Source of the DNA: Amoebidium appalachense
Taxonomy: Eukaryota > Protista > Ichthyosporea
Length of the DNA: 64,000 bases
Assembly: GCA_963693365.1 (NCBI GenBank)
Contig: CAVNZM010000004.1
Location: 4,528,564 to 4,592,563 of the forward strand
Direction of reading: 5' to 3'
Both the position numbers and the translations under genes were made by a program. Each line of letters starts with the position of its first letter. Within the stretch, counting starts at the first letter, position 1. The notes beneath the pieces were generated by a model that was given only the letters and a program-made list of their open reading frames with translations, did not search any database and had not been told where the DNA came from. Of this stretch, positions 52,797-64,000 are shown in pieces.

Positions 52797-54215
52797 TTAA
52801 GCAGAAGACACCTGCGCCGAAGAGGAAGCAGCACCCTTGAACAAGGTGGTGTTCATGCCTATGCTGTGTCTGTTTATGATGTACAGCCCACACACCATGT
52901 CTACCACCATCACGGTGCTAGCCAGCCTTATAGCTGCAGACCACATGGGTACGAGCAAAACATTTTGCGGATCTATGTTATCGAAAAGCAATATTGCAGA
53001 GAGCATGAGCATAATCCATATACCAGTCCGAGCATGAAAACTGAAATCACTAAACAACACAAGAGCATTACGCGTAGTGATGGAAAGCCACACAAAAACA
53101 GAACAATACGCAAGTATCGCTAACCACATAACATTCAAAGCAATAAACGGCCCAGGGAAGTCAAACGTGAAACTTGTGGCAAATGCCCACCAAGCCATTA
53201 CTCCGGAGACAACAGCTGTTGCGATGCCGTGCACCCACACATAGGAAAAAAAATTCAGGTCACGATTGAGAGTCACCTTTTTCCGGTCGAAAATCTCGCG
53301 GATGACTCGCTGGCGCTGTACAACCCCTCCGTACAGGCATATGGTTGATGTAAACATGAGAGATATGTATGCCCACATTTGCCATATAAGGCTATTTCGT
53401 GCTTGCCGGAGAGCTTTTTCGTTTTGTGGTGTTGCAACCAGAGGCAGGTCTACCGTTACAAGGCAGTCCACTGCTGTGTATAGAGCGGCAAATAACTGCG
53501 CACAGAATCCCGTAATTGCGAGTTGCATCATGAACTCCCGGCCACGTGATTTTACGACGCGATGTTCTCGAAAGAAGAACAAGCCCACACACACAGACAC
53601 GAAGAGAACACCCTGGAAGATGATTGGAACCAGCTGAACGTTAAACATGGCTTTTCCCGTCTCCGTCGCTTCCTTTGCTATCTGTGCATAGTCACTCGCA
53701 GCCTGCAGCAACAACTTTACATTGGCAAATTTTTCCGCGGCCGTGGCGTTGGGGTGGGTGGTGAGGAACGCGGAATGGATTTCCAACCTGTCCCCAACCT
53801 CGACGAGGTCGTCAACTATCATGTGGTTTCTGGAAGTCTGTTGCCTGGTGAAGTACAAACAGACACCCTCAAACGAGAAAAGCAAAACAAAAACAAGGGA
53901 AAACGCCACCCAGGACCATTTCACGTAGGCGCGGTGTGCATCGGTCTGCTTTGCTGTAGGCTCATTGTCGTCACGTTTTTGCGCTTTCGGTTTGGCGGTT
54001 TGGTTCAATTGCGCTACCGACTGCGTGATGATGGCATCAGATGGTGCCTTGCTTGATCCTTCCTCCGCTTTGGAGGGCCCTTGGGTTTTGGGTGTTAAAG
54101 ATGGAGCGAAGTCCTGTGTGCTAGTGCTTTCTACAACCTGCTGAGGTGGCTGGCGTTTTTGGCCCTCGGTTGGTTTTAGCCCTGTTGTTCTTGCAAGTAC
54201 CAGGGAGCTCTCCAT
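52797..54215 (-). CDS. Intronless multi-pass (about 8 TM) membrane protein of unknown function
   Basis: Open frame of about 470 aa from ATG 54215 (MESSLVLART). Hydrophilic low-complexity N-terminus, then about eight hydrophobic helices (e.g. WVAFSLVFVLLFSF, LVPIIFQGVLFVSVCVGLFFF, FIALNVMWLAILAYCSVFVWLSI). Confidence 0.75.
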   Translation of the reverse strand: MESSLVLARTTGLKPTEGQKRQPPQQVVESTSTQDFAPSLTPKTQGPSKAEEGSSKAPSDAIITQSVAQLNQTAKPKAQKRDDNEPTAKQTDAHRAYVKWSWVAFSLVFVLLFSFEGVCLYFTRQQTSRNHMIVDDLVEVGDRLEIHSAFLTTHPNATAAEKFANVKLLLQAASDYAQIAKEATETGKAMFNVQLVPIIFQGVLFVSVCVGLFFFREHRVVKSRGREFMMQLAITGFCAQLFAALYTAVDCLVTVDLPLVATPQNEKALRQARNSLIWQMWAYISLMFTSTICLYGGVVQRQRVIREIFDRKKVTLNRDLNFFSYVWVHGIATAVVSGVMAWWAFATSFTFDFPGPFIALNVMWLAILAYCSVFVWLSITTRNALVLFSDFSFHARTGIWIMLMLSAILLFDNIDPQNVLLVPMWSAAIRLASTVMVVDMVCGLYIINRHSIGMNTTLFKGAASSSAQVSSA

Positions 54216-55785
54216 TCTATGTTTACCTTTGCAGCTCCACAGGTGATAGTGGGTCGACTTCGGTGTTGGCAATTGGAAAGAATTACTAAACTGCCCTAGA
54301 CAGGCTTACTCACACCAGACTAACTGGGTTCTAACCCGTCAGCCCCTTTTCTCTGACAATGAAATTTAATAAACTGTACACGTCAGCCTGCTAAGCAACT
54401 ACTACGTCATCTGAAGTGCAAATGATGTTATGGCTTCGTAACTTACGTAAACCAGTTTCGTTGTCTCCTTCACATGTTTTCGAGTGACATTATTAAGGGA
54501 TGCCATGCGAGCTATGTACTTGTAAATCGTGAAGGTATGGCTCATGTAACAATACAGCTAACCGATCTGCGCTGTGTTCAAAGTCTACTTTTCTTTTTCT
54601 CCCTGTTTGTGTTTGGCCAACTCTACTGTATACGACGTGTACGTTCGACAAATCTCGTGTGCACGTCCATCAGCCCGGCTCTCCAAAACCCGACAGCCTA
54701 AGTTGCCCAACATTCCACAGATAAATAAGATGCGCTTTGAACCAATCAATGATATTGGAATGTCAGCGTGTAAAAATAAATAGGTCGATTTATGTAAAAT
54801 ACTGTACAATAAATACAATCACCAGGTAGCTTCTTGTAGAATCCATCAAAATGCAATTTAACATATACTTTTACTGTATTTGTACATAGTGACCTCGGCC
54901 TCTTGCGCATGCATGGTCGCTCAGTAATGGCACGAGCTCGAGTCGGAGTGACTCGACTCCTAGGCAACTTGCAGTGGAATGTGCGCGGCAATTCTCTCCA
55001 TATTTAACTCTTAAATGAAGTTTACGTCATATTCGCCTTTCACGTCACGGAACATTTATACTAAAAGCTCCATTTAGAGTCTTCTGTACTTAGACTATCC
55101 CAAATCACAGATGTCCGCGGCCGAGCCTCCGCCGCACCTGGCCCAGCGCTTGCGGCGAACACTTGAGCTCAGTTTTCGTTTCCCCCACTCCTCCTATCCG
55201 AATAAGACAGTTCTCTAAAGGCTTTGCAAGCCAACACACAACATGGTCCCCCACACACGGGAGGGAGGGGAGGGCGCAAGTGCCACGCAGCCACGGCTGC
55301 TTGTGCCGTTAACGCCCAACGTGTTACGCAACGTAGCCTTCTTCTACTCATAGGCAACACACCCCCTCGCTTTCTAACTCAAGTATTCTCCCCCCCCCCC
55401 CCCCCCCCCCCCCCCGGCCCTCCCCTTCCCCCCCCCCTCCCCCCCGCCGCCGCCTCTCTCTCTCTCTTTGTCTCACCCGATCCACGCCCGCTGTACGCGC
55501 GCTGCCGCCGCCACCGCCGCTTACTTTCCCATTAAGCGCTCTGTTCGTTTCCTTTTCCACTTTATGCCATGAAGACCAGCCACCAACTTCCCACCCCCCC
55601 CCCCCCCCCCCCCCCCCCCTTCCCCAACACCACCACCATCCTCTTCCACCCCACCCCGCCCCCTGCACACGCATCATTCATCCTCCTTGAAAACCAAAAG
55701 CGGTCCCTCTTTTTGTCCTTCCCCCCTCCGCTCCCTCCCCCTACTTTCTCGTATTTTATGGGTCCCCCCCCCCCTCCCCCCCCCC

Positions 55786-55835
<50 letters not shown>

Positions 55836-56175
55836 GGCGCCTCTTCCTGTGGCTCTGTCACCCCTCCCCCCCCCCCCCCCCCCCCCCCCTTCCCCGCCCG
55901 CCCGCCCTGCCCCCTGCGCTTCTTTCCCTTTTTACTTCCCACCCTTCTCCCCACCCCCCCACCACCTTCTTTCTCTTACCCCTCCGCCCTGCACCCCTTC
56001 CTCCCCTTCTGTGCAGGAGCTACCCAGGGAGTGGACCCGTCACGATGTTCTACTACTTGGGGTGGGCGACTGTCGCAACATGCTACACGGTGCACTGTAA
56101 AAGGGCCCTGACGGTGGCCGGGGCAAAGCATACCAGGTACGAGTCGAATCTTCGTGTATGTTGGTGTGTGCCAGT

Positions 56176-56283
<108 letters not shown>

Positions 56284-56486
56284 GCTCGTACGTGTGATCT
56301 TTGTTTCTAGCATGTATGGGTCTGAACCTGCCCGTTTCTGTTCCTCTCCTCTTGGGTCTCTTGCATCTCCCTTCCTCTTTACAGTGCCACGCTCTCACTC
56401 CCCTACATCCACTCCCCGATGGGTTCTGCTGCTCGGGTGAGGCACTTCACACTCGGAACACTGCTCCCTACACCCTTCACCTCACA

Positions 56487-56574
<88 letters not shown>

Positions 56575-56762
56575 TAGAAAGAAAAAGAGAGAGACTGAGA
56601 GAGACAAGACACATCTACACCCTTCTCTCTGTATTTTTTATTTCTTTCAATGCCTATGTTTCTCCACCCCTAAAATGGCTATTTCTCTTCTTGCTGTCTC
56701 TTGTCTCTCTTTATCTTGCTCTCCCCCCTCCCCCTCCCTCCCTCTCCCCCCCGCCCCCAATC

Positions 56763-56800
<38 letters not shown>

Positions 56801-57313
56801 CTCCCCTCCTTCCCTCCTTCCCTCCCTCAGTCACTCCCTCCCTCTCTCCCTCTCTGCCCGTCTCCTTCCCTTCCCCTCCCCCTTCCCCTCCCCCCCCCCC
56901 CCCCCCTCCCTAGTTGCCTCCTCCCCCCAAACACCCCCTCTTCTCCCTCTGGCCTTCGCTTCCTTATTCTTCCTCATCCCCTCCCCCTCCCCCCTCCCTG
57001 TAGATGGGGAGGAACCTCTCTGGTGAAGAGGAATATTCTAGTGTCTCTAGCCCGTACAGTTGTTTGCTTCTGATTCGTTTTTTTTTGCCCTGTGGTTTTG
57101 AAAGGCCTTTACCCCCATGTTTCCCAACCCCCTCATACACTCCATCCCCATCCCCCCTCTCCCCCTCCCCCTCCGCCCCCTATCCCCCCCTCCCCTCCCT
57201 GCCCTTCCCCCTCCTCTACCCCCCCCCCCCCCCCTCCCCCCTCCCCCCCCCCCCCCTCCTTCTCCCTCCACGTGTGTACACACAAAAAAAAATGCATTCT
57301 GAACAACTTACCC

Positions 57314-57350
<37 letters not shown>

Positions 57351-57680
57351 ACCACCACCACCCATCCATCATTAGGCTTGACTTCACCATGTGTGACCTT
57401 GAGGCAGCCATTCTCGCACGCAACATTATTCTCTTTCAGATGCTGCTAGATGCCTCAGAATACGTCATAGACCCCACGGCTTTCAGTGCGAAACTATAAG
57501 AGGTATCCAACCTCCCTCCCCCCTCTCCCCCCCCCCCCCCCCCCCCCCTCACCCCCTCCCACCCCCCAACCTCCCCACCCCCCCACCACCTCTCCACCCC
57601 CCTCCCCCCCCCCCCGGGGTTTTTGGTGGTAAGTGTAGAATAGAATCTCCCCCTTCTCCCCCCCCCTCCGCCCCTCCCCC

Positions 57681-57826
57681 CGGGTGCTGTGGAGGACTTG
57701 CCCCCCTCCCCCCCTCCCCCCCCTTCTTTGGATGGACTCTGCGTATGAAAAAAAGTCTATATGCTTTCTCTTCAGATTCTTAAGTGTCCGTTGTGAATGT
57801 GTACTTCGTACTCTGTAAGGCATTCG
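57681..57826 (+). mobile_element. Degenerate intronic box element copy (counterpart of 30497-30590)
   Basis: GGGTGCTGTGGAGGACTTG...GGATGGACTCTGC...GTGTACTTCGTACTCTGTAAGGCATTC. Confidence 0.65.
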
Positions 57827-57838
57827 AAAAAATCCCCT

Positions 57839-57887
<49 letters not shown>

Positions 57888-58061
57888 AAAACAAAAAAAA
57901 TCAAAAACACACATACTCACCTCTCCCACTTCTGCACGTCTTTGCTTGTGACATCTTCCAACCCTGTTGTTGCTTGACATGGCTTTTGTGATTAAAGTGT
58001 TCACTCTCATTTCTGACTGACCATCCCCTACACGAAAAATGTCAACGCCCTATAACCCCAG

Positions 58062-58097
<36 letters not shown>

Positions 58098-58124
58098 CCC
58101 CTCCCCCCCCTCTCCCGTCCCCCC

Positions 58125-58209
<85 letters not shown>

Positions 58210-58267
58210 TTCACCCCCTCCACATGGTAACACGACCTGGCCAAAGGGGCTTACCCACCCGTTTTAG

Positions 58268-58315
<48 letters not shown>

Positions 58316-58377
58316 AAAAAAAAAAAAAAAAAACACCACCCACCCACCCACCGAGTTGGCCCGGCCCCACTTGTTCA

Positions 58378-58408
<31 letters not shown>

Positions 58409-59931
58409 TCTTCCCCTCCCTTTTCTTTTTTTTTTTTTTTTTTTTTTTGGGTTGTCATATAGTCATTCCTCCTTGGTTCAAATCTTTGAGCAAGCGATTC
58501 GCCTATACTGAAACCTCACCTCCACCCCTCTCTCCCTCCCCCTTCCCCCGGACACACACCTACTTCTCCCCCTTCTCTCCCCCCCCCCCCGCCTCCCCCC
58601 CCCTCCCCCCCCCCCCCCCCCCCCCCCCTCCCCACCTCAGGCCGGGCACGTGTACTACAGCCAGTATCTGTCTCAGCCAATGGCAGAGCAGCTCCAATCG
58701 ATCGCCGCAAAACTATTGGCTGACGGGTCTTCCCTGGAAGACTGGCACTCGATGCCTATTGGTCAGTACGTGCGCATGGTATCTTCTAGCACCCACCGGC
58801 GTGTTCTTTCCCTTCTGGAAAAATACAGCGATCCCGAACGGCTACCCGCAAAGCGGTCGTACGCCGCGGCGAGAAAATCGGCGTACAAAACGTACGAGCG
58901 TGAAACGGAAACATTGCCTCAGTTTGTGCATGGGTCCGCGGGGGCGCCTTTCATAAAAGATTTCGAGCGAACGTCAAGCGTTGTCGCTAAGTACATCGAG
59001 TCTGGTGTGGCCCGGCCTGAGAAAGCGGCCAAGAACATAAAATCGGCAAACGTGGGAGATCTCACCGATTTAACGGTGCCCAATGCTATGTTTGTGTTCA
59101 CGGAGGCAAACGGGGATGTGACGAGCGTGCACTACGGCACAGATGTAATCGAGGCGTTTCACCTCGGGGAGATGTACACCCATGCCGGTGCGAAACTTAA
59201 ACACCCCATGGAATTATGTTTTGAGCAGTTTTGCACCTGGGCCGAATCGTACATCCGATCGGCGTTTTTCGATCGGAATGTGGTTGTGAGGGTGTGTGTG
59301 GCCGACGCTTTGTCTTTCTGCCAGGTATTCGGTGCACATGGGAATGGGCAGGTCGGCCAATCAAAACAGGGCGTCAAATCTGAGGAGGGTAAAGTGGGCG
59401 GGTTTATGCAGATTGGGACGTTCGAACCGGTGACACTGGATGGGGGTGACTATGAAGAGGGAGTGGAGGAGTCATGAGAGGTGGGTGGTGTGTGGGTGGG
59501 TGGGTGGTTGTGTGTGGGGATGTGGGTTGGTGGTTTTGTGAGTGTGGGTGGATGCGAGTGGGTGGGTGGTTGTGGATGGGTGGGTGGTGGGTGGCTGTGC
59601 GTTGATGCGTGGGCAGTGTGTGTGTGTGTGTTTGGGGGGGGGGGAGGGGGGGAGGTAATGTGCTCTTGTGTGTTTGGGTGGATGTGTGTGTGTCTGTGTG
59701 TGAGCGTGTGCGTGTGCGTGCCCAGCATCAAGAGTGTAGGAGAGGTGACCATGACATTCAACACACGCACATACACGCAAATGCAAGCACACACGCACTG
59801 ACTCAATGACTCGCTGACTCCCTCCCTCATTGACTTACTAACTCACTCACTCCCTTATATACACATTCTTCCCCCTTCCCCCCCTCCCCCCTCCCCCCCT
59901 CCCCCTCGCCCCCCTTCCTCCCTTACCTCGC

Positions 59932-60035
59932 CCCGCGAGGGATGGGCTCTGTTGACTTATTCTTTGTGTGCTTTGCACTCGATGTTGTCTTGTAAGTCAT
60001 AGATGTTTACTTCGTACTTGGTAAAGCATTCTTAC
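59932..60035 (+). mobile_element. Degenerate intronic box element copy
   Basis: GAGGGATGGGCTCTG...TTACTTCGTACTTGGTAAAGCATTC then poly-C. Confidence 0.6.
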
Positions 60036-60036
60036 G

Positions 60037-60069
<33 letters not shown>

Positions 60070-60226
60070 ACTTTCTCCCCTCCCCCCCCTCCCCCCCCCT
60101 CCCCCCCCCCCCCCCCAAAAAAAACGCCCTATCCCCCTTCACACACGCACACACACACAAACACACTTGCACGCGCGGGCACACACACACACACACACTC
60201 ACATTCACACACACACTCGCAACCCC

Positions 60227-60257
<31 letters not shown>

Positions 60258-61111
60258 AAAAAAAAAAAAACATACACACACACCCATTTCCCCCCCCCCC
60301 ATTTTTTGACGTTTTTCTTCCCCACAGCTCCCGTCCGGTTTTCACACATCGACACCTCCAACCTCAGCGACAGCGTAGGTATCGTCAATATTCTTTTTCT
60401 CTGCTCGGGCCTACTCACCCCCCACCCCTTCTCGACGCTTCAGACCGACATTCTCGCCAACCAATCAATCTATCCCAACGGGAAACTGAGCACCTTTTTG
60501 ACGGCTCTGTGCGGTGTGGACCCTGTTTCCGTCTCTGTCATGACCGGGTTGGCCCCGAGAGACCTCCTCAGCATGCATTCTCTTCGCAGTAAAATGTTCG
60601 CAGCTGTAAGTGCTCTCCCGCAGCTGAAGGAAAACCTAACAGGGCCGCGTACGCCCGTAAACGTCACATGGGCCCACGCGTGGCCCCTCGAAAACGTTCA
60701 CCCGCCCGCCCGTTCTCAACGGGTGAAGTTCGACGCGGCGGCTACGGCCCAAGTTTTGAAATCTCTCGCCCGCGCTCTGTTTCAGAACCTTTCGGAGGTG
60801 GAAACGACGTTTTTGTACATGGGGCAGAAGGGATTGTCCAGCGAGAGTCTGTCGCTGTATCATGGCTGTATCATGGGGGGTCGTTTGCTGCCATCGTGCA
60901 GAGAGCCCAGAGGAATGTTGTGTTTGATAGGGCGGGACTGGAGCAGTTTGCTGACGACTGGCATTGTGGACGGGTAGGAAATCTTCTGTGCCCCTTCCCC
61001 TTTCCCATCCCCCCTCCACCCAATCTCTCTCTTCCGCACCCCCAAGCTAAAGAAAAAAAATAAGAATGAAAACAACTCTTTCACGCACACACCCGCACAC
61101 ACACACACACA

Positions 61112-61154
<43 letters not shown>

Positions 61155-61299
61155 TCCCCCCCCTCCCCGCCCCTTCCCCCTTCTTAATGAATTTACCGCG
61201 TATTTTCTCCCACGAATGTCTCCTCCTGCTCATCTTCTTCTAACCCCTCACAGTTTGCCGCCCTCCCTTCACACATGTGTACACAGCACTTCTTCTATA

Positions 61300-61330
<31 letters not shown>

Positions 61331-61405
61331 ACCCGCCCCTTTCAAATGGTATTAGTCACAATGGCAGAACACTTTTTTTTTCCTGCTCCCTGCTCTAAGC
61401 ACTAT

Positions 61406-61447
<42 letters not shown>

Positions 61448-64000
61448 CTCCCTGCCCTTTCCCGGCAGCCACCGGCTCGCCTTAAGATACACACGTGCGT
61501 ACTGACACTCAACCCTCCCCCTGCCCCCCCTCCGCGTTCTTTCACCTCCCTCTCCCATAACACTCAGCATACACACACACATGCACACACACACACACAC
61601 ACACACACAGCATACACACACACACACAGCATACACACACACACACGCACACACACAAGTAGCCAAGCAAGGGCACCCTTACAACCAGGCCCCCCCCTCT
61701 CCTCTCTCTTTCACCCTCTACTTTATAATCAGAAACCCACACTAACAACCCCCCTCCTTCCCTCCTCAACACCCCACCCCCCCCCCCCACACACACACAC
61801 ACACACGCACACATACAAACACATACACGCCTTCCCACTCCTCACCTAACCCAACCCCAACCCCACTGCTTTCACCCCCACCTCCCACCCCCCTCCCATC
61901 CACCCACCCAACACACACGCACACGTACACGCACACCTACACAGGTGTGGAACATGAGCAAGATGCCCAGCGGTCTTGAGCTCAACTATGTGCAGGAGGT
62001 CTATCTGTGGCTGCACCTTGCCGGCCTCATCACACCGGCCGGCACCTTGAACAAACCGGCACACGCAGCAGCCTCTGGGGTAATCGGGGCTTTACCGATC
62101 ATGCAGATCGTGGACAAATACCCAAGATTTAAGTTTTTGGCCGGCCCCGACGCCCCCTCGTTGGTCCGGCTGGTCGTCGCCATCCCCTGGGACACAATCG
62201 AATTTGCGATCGGCGATCCGAAAACGATTCCTACCCCGCCTCTGGAAATCGGCGTCGGTACCACCGTCGTCCACGGGTTCGATAATATTTTTTCCGCTGG
62301 GCATATGGTGATCGCACGCAAGATCGCAAAATCGGGAGGTTCCGACGGCGATCGGTGGAGATTGCGCTGTTTGGATGTCACGTTGGAGGAATGCACCCCG
62401 CAGGATAACTTGTCCATGTTGGTTCTCTCGGCGGTGGTCCCGGGATTTATGTTTTTGCTCGCGCCGCCCGACCAACTTCACGTGCTCGTGTGCGTGGCCG
62501 CGATGGGGGCTAATCGTTTGATTGCTGTGAGGAAACTCGGTCCGATGGTTAAGGTGTGGGGCGTAGCTGTCAGCGACACTAAGCACGTGACCTTTGCTTC
62601 GGGACTGCCTTATTTGGGCAAGCCCCCCCACCGACCAACCAAAAGAGTCCCTGCTGGGTGTTCGGCCAATCAACGTCATTCCGCCGCCCCGTGCGGATGA
62701 TGTCGAGCCAATGAAAACGGATTCTGCCACACCATTGGTGCAAAAATACGTGGGGGTGGCAGTGGACGGAAACGCGTCGGTGCTTTCCTTCCAGTGCCAA
62801 ATCGACGTGAAGTGAGACAGCGCCCGCGCGCTATTGGCCGATAAGGAGGGGGGTAAAGTGGATGCAAAGCAGGTGTCGTCATTTGTGGTGCGGGTGCACC
62901 TTCTGACGTCGTCTCCCCAGCATGCGGCTGGGAAGTGTTCCGCCGATATTGTTTTCCCGTTTCCTGTCAACGGGAATACGCTGAAAACCCAGTTTTCTCG
63001 CACGCGGTTCTTTGTCAACGTCATTGTCGCCCCCCGTAGGACGGGATACCCGCCCAACCCGTTCCCGCCCGTTCCCGGTTTTCGCTCTCAAAACCCCCCG
63101 GATCCGCGCCGCAAACCACCGTGGCCAGCTGGGGCGAGTCGCGAATTCCGCTTTCAATTCTCCCGGAAATCGACTGGAAATACGGTAGGCCGTGGGTGTT
63201 TCCCTTGGTTTCGAGCATGCTTACTGCCGAAGAGCGACAACAGCGAAACATCAAAAATCCGGCGCCGATCGTTTCACTCAAAGACTCCCTCCACACGAGT
63301 ATGTGCCTCGATTTCTCGCTCAAGGGGCGCCCGCAGGCGGCAACCCAGGCATGGACCAACCCGCGGACTGGTTTTACGTCGGTTTCAAAAACCCCGCGAG
63401 CGGAAATTTCGACAGGCGGATCATTAATTACGTCGATGAGATCAGGCTCGACCACTCGACCGATTCTGTTGTTGCCGACGCCTGTGTGTGTGTTTTGACG
63501 GAACGGAACATTGTTGATATTATTCCGTTTATTGCCCCCCGGTTGGGCAAATTATCGAGAAGGGGAAGACAGATTGTAACCGTTACGGCGGACGGCCCTG
63601 AACTCGATCTCTGGTGGAAATTTCTTCCGGCGCGCGTGGAGCGGGCGCGCACGAGGAGCCACAAGCCCACGTGCAAATATTTGCGGGAGGGGATGCAAAT
63701 TCCTCTGTGCGAGAAGTTTGAGGAGGCGAACCAAACTGTGCATGTTTCCAGGGGGTGTATATGCCATCGGAATCCAGAAGGAATGCGGCAAGTTGGTGTC
63801 GGGGCATTTCTGCCGGGCAGCCATGTCGCCGATTCTCCCTGGGTTGCAGCACGCAAGTTTTGCGGAGACATTTCAACCGGATAAACCTGCAACCACTTCT
63901 TCCCAATCTTTTCAAACCACAAACACCGAAAATTCGAATTCGGGCGGGAAAACACAAACACAGCAGTCCGCCACCAAACCCAAAGCCGAAAACAGCGCTA

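Overview
Intron-rich eukaryotic genomic DNA. The gene mix suggests a unicellular opisthokont such as an ichthyosporean (inference only). Introns and intergenic DNA are saturated with poly-C/poly-G runs and (CA)n/(GT)n/(GA)n microsatellites, so most ORFs in the supplied track are spurious. Manual GT-AG exon joining with phase checks gave these genes: (1) a spliced membrane protein with an H..WExxE..E..N..D..N motif resembling the phosphatidylserine-synthase-1/DUF2585-type signature (+, about 410-5192); (2) a spliced hypothetical protein (-, 6144-9036); (3) an intronless, signal-peptide-bearing, C-terminally membrane-anchored choloylglycine hydrolase/penicillin V acylase (+, 11290-12720); (4) an intronless secreted ricin-B-lectin protein (-, 19331-20257); (5) a 6-exon DUF4470 + MYND zinc-finger gene (-, 23104-33041) with a pseudogenised inverted paralog (+, 55243 to window end); (6) a 7-exon ankyrin-repeat protein with an apparently split SOCS box (+, 33569-41960); (7) a 6-exon dCMP deaminase (-, 44413-49393); (8) an intronless multi-pass membrane protein (-, 52797-54215). 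The most unusual signal is a dispersed small element family with conserved end boxes (GGATGGGCTCTGC ... TACTTCGTAC ... GCATTC, then poly-C). Every copy I found lies in an intron and on the host gene's sense strand, and one insertion is present in one paralog and absent from the other. Also present are a MITE with TAGTC...GACTA ends and a 9-bp TSD, a 180-bp palindromic MITE, a 48-bp minisatellite, and (CA)n/poly-C 3' splice sites. No rRNA, tRNA or CRISPR array is supported.
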